This document shows positions 35,421 to 49,399 of a stretch of 64,000 bases of DNA, in pieces (positions within the stretch are counted from its first letter, which is position 1; each line of letters begins with the position of its first letter). The position numbers were made by a program, and so were the translations under genes. Under the pieces are notes generated by a model. That model was given only the letters and a program-made list of their open reading frames with translations, was not told the DNA's origin and did not search any database. Source of the DNA: Schmidtea polychroa (Eukaryota); contig CM097885.1 in the NCBI GenBank assembly GCA_044892525.1, forward strand, positions 682,001 through 746,000, given 5' to 3'.

Positions 35421-37595
35421 GATAAGATTTAAAGAATAATTTTTCATTTAACCTTTTTTTTTTAACCTTTTCATTTAACACCATTTTAGAATAATATTTT
35501 CTATCAAAGTTCTTATCTTGATTTATTTAATTTTTAACTTTTTAAAAAAATCATAAGCTAAGAAACCAGTTAACCTTATCAAGAACTTTAAATTTACTTG
35601 ATAATTTACAGAAATAATATACAAAATTTAATTTACAGAAATAATTTACAAAATAATAATACAGAAATTTATGATTAAGTTTGCTTTTATGAACAATCAA
35701 TATATATCATCTCGAGTTAGGTATTTGATAGGTGATATATTTGTAGTAAATAATAAGTTTATTATGTCTTTGTTACATAACTCGACTTTAGCGTCAAAAT
35801 GTGTTTTTAAAATAAATTTTAATTTTAAAATACCGCAATGTAATATATTAATTTTTTCCTACCCTTCCTTGATTTTGATTGGTTAGAATTTGTTCCTATA
35901 AACAATAATAATCTAAAAACAATAATAATCTATAAACAATAATCAATCATTAGTCACATTTAACAAATAATTAACCTTTAAAAATGAATTCTTTAATAGA
36001 AAACGTTATGAATGTTCGAGAAAAAATTCAGGAATTTGGTAAATTTTAATTTATTTATTAATTAATTTATTAATTAATTTAGATAATATTAATGAAGACA
36101 ATTTAAAATCGATTAAAGATTAAAGGAAATTTGAAAAGAAAAAGTAAACATAATTTTTAATTTATTAATTTAATTAATTAATAATTTAGGTAATACGAAT
36201 AAAGAGAAAAAATATGTCAATGTGTCAATAAATCGAAATGAAATTTTACAATGTAAGTATTGATTACTTTTTATAATTTAAAGGAAATTTAATATAATTT
36301 TTTATTTAAGTAAATGTTAATATTTTTAATTTAGTAAATTTTTATTTTTTAGTAAATAAAATTTGTAAAATAATAATAATTTGCAAATTTTTGCGTAAAC
36401 ATTTATTAAAATCTTTCATTTAAATTATATATTTTTATTAAATTTTTATTTTATAGGTATACTTTATCCAAATTATTGTTCATCGAAAAAACATGATAAT
36501 AATTGCCATTCTATAATGGAGAATTATTACACGAAAAAATATTATAATAAAACTTATTTTACGTATGTAAGACTAGTGACCCTGTAACATATAGCGTTTT
36601 TTATAATAAACATAAAAATCATTTAGATAGGTTTAATTTTAAAAAAGATAGTGTTTTTTAAAAGACCCTCAACTATAGAAAAAAATAATACAAATAAAAA
36701 AATTAAATTAGATACTTCTTCTTTTGAATCCTAGGTCGGATTAGATTTTGAATCCCAGGCTGGATTGTCTTTTGTTGAATTCCAGGTCGGATTGTCTTTT
36801 GTTGAATCCAATGATGGATTGGTTGTTGAATCCCAGGTCGGATTGCCTTTTGTTGAATCCCAGGTCGGATTGGTTGTTGAATCCAATGATGGATTATTCA
36901 CTTCCTTTGATTCTTGGGATGGATTAAATATAATACAAATAGGTGGAAATGTATCGACAGTACAAAGAGATTTAAGAGGTACTCATCAGATATTAAGTTT
37001 AAATACTAGCGACTTAAATATAAAAGAAATAATATTTCCTGAACAACCAATAATAAAATTACGAGATATTATTAACGAATTAGGATCCGTCAAAATTCAA
37101 TTCGGAATAACAATCGAATTTTAAAAAGACGGGTAAATAAAGGTTAATAATATCTCCAATTACGCAAAACCTTTAACTGCATCATTTTTTGATCAAGGCA
37201 TTAAGGAACTAAATGAGAAAATAACTAATATTACAGAGCTAGGAAGCAATTGGATTATAAAAAATATAACAGAAATCCACTTCACTATAACAAAAATAAG
37301 TAGGTTAAGTAGATTAAGTGTTATGAGTTTCATTGAAACACCTACTTATCTAAAAAATAAATATTGTTTAATTAATATAAGAAACACTGATGATTCATGT
37401 TTTTTATATAGCATTTTAGCTATTTTAAAATATGATGAAGTTAGTAATTATGCTAGAAATAGGTCATCGAGTTATAATTTATCTGACTTAGTATATAACC
37501 CGTTAGAATTACCTATGAAATTAAAAGACATTAGGAAATTTGAATCTAAAAATTCGGGTTTAAAAGTAGGTAGATAGTAGCCCACCGCAGCAATG

Positions 37596-37940
37596 GTCTA
37601 CACTAGAAAAACGTGGTAATTTAAGGTCTCAGGATATTTTCAATACAAATAGGTGGTCTACACTAAAAAAGCCAAGGATTTTTCAGACAATAGTGAGGTG
37701 AGTCTCCTTGGTCCTGAGAAATAGGTGGTCTACACTAAAAAACGTGGTAATTTAAGGTCTCGGGATATTTTCAATACAAAAAGCTGGTCTACACTAGAAA
37801 AGCATGGTAATTTAAGGTCTCAGGATATTTTCAATACAAAAAGCTGGTCTACACTAAAAAAGCCAAGGATTTTTCAGACTATAGTGAGGTGAGTCTCTTT
37901 GGTCCTGAGAAATAGGTGGTCTACACTAAAAAACGTGGTA
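37596..37940. repeat. Subterminal minisatellite (~50-70 bp units) of element 2, left
   Basis: Repeated GGTCTACACTAAAAAACGTGGTAATTTAAGGTCTCAGGATATTTTCAATACAAA; mirrored and extended at 51424-52275. Confidence 0.9.
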
Positions 37941-38479
37941 AATTTTTCAATTACAGTAAATTATGGTTCTAAAAATTAAAATTAAAGTAAATTATGGTCC
38001 TAAATTTTTCAAATTAAAGTAAATAATGGTTCTAAAAAATTAAATTACAGTAAATAATGGTCCAAAATTTTCCAATACAGTATATTATGGGTCTAAAAAT
38101 TAAATTACAGTAAATAATGGTTCTAAAAATAAAATTGAAGTAAATTTAGGTTCTAAAAATTAAATTACAGTAAATTAAGGTCCAAATTTTAAAATTAAGT
38201 AATCAATGGTAAAAAAAAAATTTTAAATAAGTAAATTAAAGTAATAATTTTTAAATAAGTAAATTAAAGTAATGTAATAAGTAAATTAAAGTAAGATTTT
38301 TAAATTTATTAACAAAAAGTTGAAATAATAGAAGGTGTTTGAGAATTGAAATTTTTTAATGAAAATTTTTATGAAATAATTTTTTAAGTTAATTTTATAA
38401 GTTAATTTTTAATGGAAATTTTTAAGATAATTTTTAATGGAAATTTTTATGAAATATTTTTCAAAGACAAATTTTAATA

Positions 38480-40150
38480 ATAATTCAACAACAAACCACC
38501 TACTAAGTACCAACAACCAGTAACTTACGAACATGTATTACCAACCAGATACCTACAACCAGATACCTACAACTAGTTACTAACAACTAGTTACATGATA
38601 CTAAGTAAATACAACCACTTTATAAGTACTAACAACCAAAAACAAGCAACCAACCAGGTACTAGATACCAAGTACTCACAACCGACAACAACCAAGTACT
38701 AAGCATTATTAACCAACATCAACCAGGTACTAAGCATTAATTACCAACTACTAAGTACCTACAACCAACTAGGTACCAGATACCAAGTACTAACAACCAG
38801 TTACCAACTACTAAGCATTAATTAACTACAACCAGCTAACAGCAACCGACAACAACCAAGTACTAACAACCAAAAACAAGCAACCAACTAGCTACCACCT
38901 ACCAAGTACCTACAACTAGATACTAACAACCAGTTACCAAGTACCTACAACCACCTACCCATTAACTAGCTACCAACTACTAAGTACCAACAACCAACTA
39001 GCTACCAGATACCTACAACTAGATACTAACAACTAGATACCAAGTACCTACAACCACCTATCCATTAACTAGCTACCAAGTACTAACAACTAGGTCTCAA
39101 ACAACTAAATACTAACAACCAGTTACCAACTACTAAGCATTAATTACCTACAACTAGTTACTAACAACTAGATACCAAGTACTTACAACCAACATCAACC
39201 AGGTACTAAGCATCATCAACTAACTACTAAGTACCTACAACCTACAACTAGATACTAACAACCAGTTATCTGATACCAAATACTTACAACTAGATACCAA
39301 GTACTATCAACCAAAAACAACCAACCAACTAGGTACTAGATACCAAGTACTAACAACCAACAACAACCAGGTACTAAGCATTATCAACCAACTAGAGTAC
39401 CTACTAAGTACCTACAACCAACTAACAACCACCTACCAAGTACTAACAACCAGTTACCAACTACTAAGCATTAATTACTAACAACCAGTTACCTGCTATC
39501 AAGTACTTACAACAAGATACCAAGTACTAAGCACTGTCAACTAGATACCAAACACTTAAAACTAGATACCACGTACTAACTAACTCTCAAACAACTAGTT
39601 ACTAACAATCAGTTACCTGCTACCAAGCACTCAACCGTCAACAACCAGTTACTAAGCATTATTAACCAACTACTAAGTACCTACAACCACCTACCCATTA
39701 ACTAGCTACAACCACCTAACAACCAATTACCTTCAACTAGTTACTAACAACTAGTTACCTGATAGCAACCAACTAGGTACCAGATACCAAGTACTAACAA
39801 CCGCCAACAACCAGATACCTACAATTAGTTACTAACAACCAAAAACAACCAACCAACCAGTTACCTGATACCAAGTACTTACAACCAGTTACCTTATACC
39901 AGATACCTACAACTAGTTACTAACAACTAGTTACCTGATAGCAACCAACTAGGTACCAGATACCAAGTACTAACAACCAGTTACCAACTACTAAGCATTA
40001 ATTACCTACAACTAGTTACTAACAACTAGATACCAAGTACATACAACCAACATCAACCAGATACTAAGCATTATCAACCAAGTACTAACAACCAAGTAAC
40101 TTACCAAGTACTAAGCACTGTCAACTAGATACCAAACACTTACAACCAGA
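38480..40150. repeat. A/C-rich mosaic satellite, left arm of element 2
   Basis: Shuffled words CAACTAG, TACCAAGTACTAACAACC, TACTAAGCATTA; mirrored at ~49400-51212. Confidence 0.92.
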
Positions 40151-40568
40151 TGACCACATGAAATTAATGGTTAAATATGAAAATAAGGATTATATTTAGT
40201 TGTTAAGTAAATAATGGTGTAAAATTAAGAAATAAAGAATAATTAGGTAAATTAAAGTAATAATTTTTAAAAAAGTAAATTAAGGTTCAAAATTTAAAAT
40301 TAAGTAATAAATGGTTCAAATTTTAAATTAAAGCTAAAGAAGTAAATTAAAGTAGTAATTTTTAAATAAGTAATGTAATAAGTAAATTAAACTAAGATTT
40401 TTAAATTTATTATCAAAAGATTGAATAACCACCAACTTTTTTGAGAAATGTAATTTTTAATGAAAATTTAAATGGAAATTTTTTTAAAGTTAATTTTAAA
40501 TGTAAAATTTTTTAAGTAAATTTTAATGAAATAATTTTTTAAGGTAATTTTGAATGAAAATTTTAATG

Positions 40569-40626
<58 letters not shown>

Positions 40627-41048
40627 AATAATTCAACAATCAGTTACCAACAATCGGTTACTGATTATTTTTTAACTAGGTGCTAACAAATACTTACAAC
40701 ATGATACCACGTACTAACTAACTCTCAAACAACCAGATACTTACAACTAACTACTAAATATTCTTCACTGTATTTTATGAAATGCTTTTTAAATTAATTT
40801 TTTATCTATCTTCAAAAATATATTTAATTACAATCATTAGAAAAACCTTTTCAAATTTAACAAAAAATGTTGATTTTCATCAATAAACCACAACTCATCA
40901 CCACGTGAAATTCAAAATAATTTAAATTACAATGAAAGACTAATGAATTCTAATTTACAAAACATTCTTCTTTTAAATGATAACTACTGACTTATTATTG
41001 CAAAGTAAAAATCGCATTCAATAAATACTTATTGTTGATCAGTTTTAT

Positions 41049-41153
41049 TATATATACTCTGAGTTTATCCGACAGGATGTTTTGACCCCCTAAGGGTACA
41101 GGTCGTAAGGGTACTGGTCGCAAGGGTACTGGTCGTAAAGGTACTAGTCGTAG
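41049..41153 (-). promoter_or_regulatory. Conserved cassette, copy 10
   Basis: Variant core with four 15-bp GGTCGTAAGGGTACT-type repeats; mirrored at 48621-48728. Confidence 0.5.
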
Positions 41154-44140
41154 GACCATTGGTAACACTTAACCACAACCTACCCATTAACTAGCTACTA
41201 AGTACTAACAACCAGTTACCTGATACCAACTACTAACAACCACCATCAAAACCCATCGAGAAATTAACAAATATCAACCTACAACTTTATAACAACAATC
41301 AATAAACAACACTGTACCAACTACCAAATACAAGATACCAACAACTTAGTACCAACAATCAACTAACAACACATAAAAATAATAGCAATTAAATACAAAA
41401 TACTCTTCATCACATACACTATCTTCTTATCAAAATCTAAAAAGTCAACCAACTACTTACAACCAACAACTATGTACTGACAAATTGATCTTTAAAAGAA
41501 AATACTCTTCACTTGAAAAATTAGATGGAAAATTAATTGAACTCAAGGCATCAATAACTTGATAAAAATTGATTAAATTATTGTAAAAAATTTAAATTAT
41601 TCGAAATAAATATCATAAAAATTTAATTAATGGACAAGAAAAAATTCTAATCATCCAATAAATAAAAAAAAATGCTGATCATTCAAGTTGAATCAACTAA
41701 GATAATAAATTAATAAGATAAGATATAGTAGATAATTGATTTAGATTGAATAAATTAATTGAAATAAAATTAATTTTAAGTATTATTTTTTTTAAGTATT
41801 ATTTTTTAAAAGTAATACATGTACTCAAATCTATTTACTAATTCCTCAATATATTCAAAAAATCAGTATGAATTCATTACAATCATCAATGTCATCAATC
41901 TACAATAAAAATAATTATCATTAAATTCCAAGAGAGACTAGATAACTAATGATAACATCTAATAAACCAGTAAATTCATTTAAATAATTGGTATATTCAA
42001 GCGAATTCTCTAATAAAATCATCTAAAAAGAATCATTTTCCCTGAAATATATCAATATTTAAAGATTGGTATCTTATCGATAAGTACTTGTTAAAGATCA
42101 TATATTCACCTCGAACTAACAAGATTCCTTAAAATCCCTCAAATGACTATATTTCTACCCTTAATTCGTATTATTACAAATATTTCACTAAAATCATCTA
42201 AAAAGCATCAAATTTCCCTGAAATAACTATATCTTTAAAGATTAGTATTTTATCGATAAATATCCTTAAAAGGTTATATATTTACCTCTGACTAATAAGA
42301 TTGCTTAAAATCCCTTTAAATGACTATAATTCTAACTTTAATTCCTATTATCACGAATATTTCCTTATAAAACATGTAAAATCATTAACCCTAAAGAATT
42401 TATAAAATCTAATGACAAAACCGGTTATAATAAAATTTTTGTTAATCACTGTAAATTTTTGTAAATCACTGTACTCGAAATTTAAAATAAATATAACTGA
42501 CTAGGTCCCATTGAAAGATTAAATTTATCCATTCAATAAAATATATTTCTTCAAATGATCATTTTACCGATATTCAACCGATTTAATTACTAATTAAAAT
42601 CAAGATTTCTTCCAATAAAGATCAATTTTATTTAGTTGTCGATGTTTTAAATCAATATTTCTCAACTTTTGTCGTTGTCCGTCTAAATAAAGATAAAAAT
42701 AATTTAAAGTTGATATCAATCCCATTTATCTGTAAAGTTTTCATCGTCAAAACCAAGTAAATCGATCATTATCCTTACGTAATAGAACATTGTTCTAAAA
42801 CATAAATCTAAATTAATATACAATGAATTAATCACAACCTAATAAAACGATATAATTATTATTGATACATAACTGACTAATTGACATTTCCCTTAAAACA
42901 ATGATATTTTACCAACATCACCATTAAAAAAATCATATAATCCCATCTTAACCCATGTCTCATTAAATTTAACCGACTATATTCCCATCTTAACCCATCC
43001 TTCATTAAATTCAATCGACCATATCTTCCTTACAATGATATATTCCCACCTTATCTGATCTCTCATTAAATCTAACCGACTATATCCCCTCAAAAGATCA
43101 TATATTCCCATCTTAAATTTAACCAACAATATCCCATCTTAACCGATCTCTCACCAAATATTTCTACCCCTTTAAACATCTAACCGAATATATCCTTCAA
43201 TTCTACCCACTTGAATCCTCCTTTAATTCAATTCAGTCTTAAAATCTTTAAAGAACTTCAAAAATATGACTTAATTGTTATAAACACCAAATATTCTTCC
43301 ATTGAAATAATTTAGTAGCTATGTAGTAAGAGTTCACTAAAAGATCAAAAATCAATATTTTCTACAAATATTTACCATCAAATACTGGAGATGATATATA
43401 TTGATTGATCATAATTCTTCATCGATTCAGCCAATCATTTTCAAGCAATAACAGCAAACTAAATTTCTTTATATCCTACAATAATTATCACGTAAATTTA
43501 AAGTCCCTGATAAAGTTAACTGGTTTCTTAGCTTATGTTTTTAAAGATCATCAATGTGTAAATATTCTTAGAAAATTATTGAAAAATTATTTATTAAAAT
43601 ATATTACAAAGTTATCATCAGAAATTTATTCTATCACTTAATTATTAACCTAATTGTCAATGAAATTAATTTTTATTTAAAAACTATTCAATAAAATACA
43701 ACTAATTATCAAGAAATTAATTAAATTTATCAATTAAATTTATCACCATTAAAACTTTTAATCAGTCAACATGAAATTCTTAGAAAATTATTCAATATCC
43801 TCATCAAAATTTATCCTACCACTTGATTATTGTACAAACTTTAATTATTAACCTCATTAAAAATAAATTTTTATTTAAAATTAAAAAACAAGTCAATAAA
43901 AATACATTCAATTATCAAGAAATTAATTAAATTTACTTTAGAATTAGCATTAAATTACAGATATTCACAAAAATTACGGAAATTCATGAAAATAATGGAA
44001 ATCCACAAAAATGATAGAAATTCATAAAAACGATAAAAATTCATAAAAATTATAGAAATTTACTTGAATAAAACCATCAACTCTAAAAATTATCAATGCC
44101 TTAAACATCAAATTTGCCTAAATTCAAATAAAAACATTAA

Positions 44141-44280
44141 ATACCTTTACGACTAATACCCTTGCGACATGTTGAATGTGAGTAGTACCCTTGTGAGCAA
44201 TACCCATAGGGGGACAGAATATTTTGTCGGATAAACTCAGAGTATATATTAATTAACTAATTTTTCATTGAATCAGTCAA
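44141..44280 (+). promoter_or_regulatory. Conserved cassette, copy 11, with TATA and TCAGT 30 nt downstream
   Basis: TATATA at 44243, TCAGT at 44273; partial mirror at 45590-45636. Confidence 0.55.
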
Positions 44281-44750
44281 ATTATCATTAATTTTGATAA
44301 AAATTCTAAAGTGGTAAGCAATGAAAGGAGAAATATTCTTTAAACTTTGATAAAATTAACAATGAAGGTGGTAAGAATCTTCATTAAAGTGAGGAAATTA
44401 CTCGATGATAAATTTAAATGGGTGAAAATAATTGGTAGAATAATTCATTAATGGATCATTGAATGGGCATAGATAAGATGAAGGTTGATAAGAATGGATG
44501 TATTGCAACTATTTTCTAAAAATTAACACTTTAATAAAAAAAACTTTTAAAACAAATATTTGTGGGGATGTTTTAAGTGAATAATTAATCAAAATCGGCG
44601 GAATATAAGTAGAAAATCGGGGTGGGGGTTATAGGCGAATAATTAATGGAAATTCGAGGGGATATAAGTGAATAATTAATGGAGAATCGGGGGGAATATA
44701 GGGATTAAATAGTAGAGAATAATAGTGAATATAAGTGAGGAGGATATATA

Positions 44751-45590
44751 ATTTAAGCTAGTTTATAACATAACAAGCCGTGACTAGTTTATTACATAAC
44801 AACCCGCGACTATTTTATTACATAACAAGCTGTGAATGGTATTTTATTGAGAATTATTGATTAGGTCTTTTTTTTTTTAATTTTTGAATAGGTACTTTAA
44901 TACCTTAATAATTTAAATGTTTTGATTTACACTAAATAATTTCTAAATCAATTACCCTTTTTAATCAAAATAAGATAACTATTCAAATAAATGACTTATA
45001 AAATACAATTAAAATTAAATTCTTTACACTAAATTTAAAAATATAAGTTTTATGAGTAAATGTTAATAAGAAATTAGTGTATTATCAGTTATAGACTTTT
45101 AAAACTTATTGATTAGATATTAAAAGTTACTCTTTTTTTTTCATAAGGTATTTTAATATTGTATTCTATTTATTATTAAATTTACTATTTTACACTAAAA
45201 TATTTAGAAAACAATCATCATAATATTAAATATGAAACTTCAATCAAAATAAGCTAATACTCGAATACTTACTTTGATCTTATAAAATACAATCAAAATT
45301 AAATACTTCACAAATTTTAAGTAAAGTTTTTTAAATTCTCAAATAAATGTTAACAAGATATTAATTTAATAATCATTATATACTTTTTAAACTTATTATT
45401 GGAATAAAACAATAGAATGATATTGAAAATATATACAATTTTAAAATATAATTAAAATTAAATTACATACTTTAAAAATTTAGTAAAATGTTGGTAAAAT
45501 ACCATTCACAGCTTGTTATGCAATAAAATAGTCGCGGGTTGTTATGTAATAAACTAGTCACGGCTTGTTATGTAATAAACTAGCTTAAAT
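44751..45590. mobile_element. MITE-like element with ~95-bp TIRs built from three ~26-bp repeats
   Basis: ATTTAAGCTAGTTTATAACATAACAAGCCGTGACTAG... versus ...CTAGTCACGGCTTGTTATGTAATAAACTAGCTTAAAT; AT-rich non-coding interior. Confidence 0.8.
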
Positions 45591-48500
45591 ACTACTCACA
45601 TTCAACATGTCGCAAGGGTATTAGTCGTAAAGGTATTTAATGTTTTTATTTGAATTTAGGCAAATTTGATGTTTAAGGCATTGATAATTTTTAGAGTTGA
45701 TGGTTTTATTCAAGTAAATTTCTATAATTTTTATGAATTTTTATCGTTTTTATGAATTTCTATCATTTTTGTGGATTTCCATTATTTTCATGAATTTCCG
45801 TAATTTTTGTGAATATCTGTAATTTAATGCTAATTCTAAGGTAAATTTAATTAATTTCTTGATAATTGAATGTATTTTTATTGACTTGTTTTTTAATTTT
45901 AAATAAAAATTTATTTTTAATGAGGTTAATAATTAAAGTTTGTACAATAATCAAGTGGTAGGATAAATTTTGATGAGGATATTGAATAATTTTCTAAGAA
46001 TTTCATGTTGACTGATTAAAGGTTTTAATGGTGATAAATTTAATTGATAAATTTAATTAATTTCTTGATAATTAGTTGTATTTTATTGAATAGTTTTTAA
46101 ATAAAAATTAATTTCATTGACAATTAGGTTAATAATTAAGTGATAGAATAAATTTCTGATGATAACTTTGTAATATATTTGAATAAATAATTTTTCAATA
46201 ATTTTCTAAGAATATTTACACATTGATGATCTTTAAAAACATAAGCTAAGAAACCAGTTAACTTTATCAGGGACTTTAAATTTACGTGATAATTATTGTA
46301 GGATATAAAGAAATTTAGTTTGCTGTTATTGCTTGAAAATGATTGGCTGAATCGATGAAGAATTATGATCAATCAATATATATCATCTCCAGTATTTGAT
46401 GGTAAATATTTGTAGAAAATATTGATTTTTGATCTTTTAGTGAACTCTTACTACATAGCTACTAAATTATTTCAATGGAAGAATATTTGGTGTTTATAAC
46501 AATTAAGTCATATTTTTGAAGTTCTTTAAAGATTTTAAGACTGAATTGAATTAAAGGAGGATTCAAGTGGGTAGAATTGAAGGATATATTCGGTTAGATG
46601 TTTAAAGGGGTAGAAATATTTGGTGAGAGATCGGTTAAGATGGGATATTGTTGGTTAAATTTAAGATGGGAATATATGATCTTTTGAGGGGATATAGTCG
46701 GTTAGATTTAATGAGAGATCAGATAAGGTGGGAATATCTCATTGTAAGGAAGATATGGTCGATTGAATTTAATGAAGGATGGGTTAAGATGGGAATATAG
46801 TCGGTTAAATTTAATGAGACATGGGTTAAGATGGGATTATATGATTTTTTTAATGGTGATGTTGGTAAAATATCATTGTTTTAAGGGAAATGTCAATTAG
46901 TCAGTTATGTATCAATAATAATTATATCGTTTTATTAGGTTGTGATTAATTCATTGTATATTAATTTAGATTTATGTTTTAGAACAATGTTCTATTACGT
47001 AAGGATAATGATCGATTTACTTGGTTTTGACGATGAAAACTTTACAGATAAATGGGATTGATATCAACTTTAAATTATTTTTATCTTTATTTAGACGGAC
47101 AACGACAAAAGTTGAGAAATATTGATTTAAAACATCGACAACTAAATAAAATTGATCTTTATTGGAAGAAATCTTGATTTTAATTAGTAATTAAATCGGT
47201 TGAATATCGGTAAAATGATCATTTGAAGAAATATATTTTATTGAATGGATAAATTTAATCTTTCAATGGGACCTAGTCAGTTATATTTATTTTAAATTTC
47301 GAGTACAGTGATTTACAAAAATTTACAGTGATTAACAAAAATTTTATTATAACCGGTTTTGTCATTAGATTTTATAAATTCTTTAGGGTTAATGATTTTA
47401 CATGTTTTATAAGGAAATATTCGTGATAATAGGAATTAAAGTTAGAATTATAGTCATTTAAAGGGATTTTAAGCAATCTTATTAGTCAGAGGTAAATATA
47501 TAACCTTTTAAGGATATTTATCGATAAAATACTAATCTTTAAAGATATAGTTATTTCAGGGAAATTTGATGCTTTTTAGATGATTTTAGTGAAATATTTG
47601 TAATAATACGAATTAAGGGTAGAAATATAGTCATTTGAGGGATTTTAAGGAATCTTGTTAGTTCGAGGTGAATATATGATCTTTAACAAGTACTTATCGA
47701 TAAGATACCAATCTTTAAATATTGATATATTTCAGGGAAAATGATTCTTTTTAGATGATTTTATTAGAGAATTCGCTTGAATATACCAATTATTTAAATG
47801 AATTTACTGGTTTATTAGATGTTATCATTAGTTATCTAGTCTCTCTTGGAATTTAATGATAATTATTTTTATTGTAGATTGATGACATTGATGATTGTAA
47901 TGAATTCATACTGATTTTTTGAATATATTGAGGAATTAGTAAATAGATTTGAGTACATGTATTACTTTTAAAAAATAATACTTAAAAAAAATAATACTTA
48001 AAATTAATTTTATTTCAATTAATTTATTCAATCTAAATCAATTATCTACTATATCTTATCTTATTAATTTATTATCTTAGTTGATTCAACTTGAATGATC
48101 AGCATTTTTTTTTATTTATTGGATGATTAGAATTTTTTCTTGTCCATTAATTAAATTTTTATGATATTTATTTCGAATAATTTAAATTTTTTACAATAAT
48201 TTAATCAATTTTTATCAAGTTATTGATGCCTTGAGTTCAATTAATTTTCCATCTAATTTTTCAAGTGAAGAGTATTTTCTTTTAAAGATCAATTTGTCAG
48301 TACATAGTTGTTGGTTGTAAGTAGTTGGTTGACTTTTTAGATTTTGATAAGAAGATAGTGTATGTGATGAAGACTATTTTGTATTTAATTGCTATTATTT
48401 TTATATGTTGTTAGTTGATTGTTGGTACTAAGTTGTTGGTATCTTGTATATGGTAGTTGGTACAGTGTTGTTTATTGATTGTTGTTATATAGTTGTAGGT

Positions 48501-48620
48501 TGATATTTGTTAATTTCTCGATGGGTTTTGATGGTGGTTGTTAGTAGTTGGTATCAGGTAACTGGTTGTTAGTACTTAGTAGCTAGTTAATGGGTAGGTT
48601 GTGGTTAAGTGTTACCAATG

Positions 48621-48728
48621 GTCCTACGACTAGTACCTTTACGACCAGTACCCTTGCGACCAGTACCCTTACGACCTGTACCCTTAGGGGGTCAAAACAT
48701 CCTGTCGGATAAACTCAGAGTATATATA
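48621..48728 (+). promoter_or_regulatory. Conserved cassette, mirror of copy 10
   Basis: Reverse complement of 41049-41153. Confidence 0.5.
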
Positions 48729-49150
48729 ATAAAACTGATCAACAATAAGTATTTATTGAATGCGATTTTTACTTTGCAATAATAAGTCAGTAGTTATCAT
48801 TTAAAAGAAGAATGTTTTGTAAATTAGAATTCATTAGTCTTTCATTGTAATTTAAATTATTTTGAATTTCACGTGGTGATGAGTTGTGGTTTATTGATGA
48901 AAATCAACATTTTTTGTTAAATTTGAAAAGGTTTTTCTAATGATTGTAATTAAATATATTTTTGAAGATAGATAAAAAATTAATTTAAAAAGCATTTCAT
49001 AAAATACAGTGAAGAATATTTAGTAGTTAGTTGTAAGTATCTGGTTGTTTGAGAGTTAGTTAGTACGTGGTATCATGTTGTAAGTATTTGTTAGCACCTA
49101 GTTAAAAAATAATCAGTAACCGATTGTTGGTAACTGATTGTTGAATTATT

Positions 49151-49184
<34 letters not shown>

Positions 49185-49399
49185 CATTAAAATTTTCATT
49201 CAAAATTACCTTAAAAAATTATTTCATTAAAATTTACTTAAAAAATTTTACATTTAAAATTAACTTAAAAAAAATTTCCATTTAAATTTTCATTAAAAAT
49301 TACATTTCTCAAAAAAGTTGGTGGTTATTCAATCTTTTGATAATAAATTTAAAAATCTTAGTTTAATTTACTTATTACATTACTTATTTAAAAATTATG

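Noticed and set aside
37596..37940. CRISPR-like array (also 51424-52275 and the 15-bp cassette repeats)
   Set aside because: Intervening sequences are themselves repeated, there are no cas genes, and the context is eukaryotic.
38480..40150. Telomeric repeat tract
   Set aside because: Strand-skewed but no fixed telomere unit; internal and mirrored within an element.
43405..43641. 78-aa ORF present twice (also 46136-46372)
   Set aside because: Duplicated only because of the palindrome; non-ATG start and no recognisable domain.
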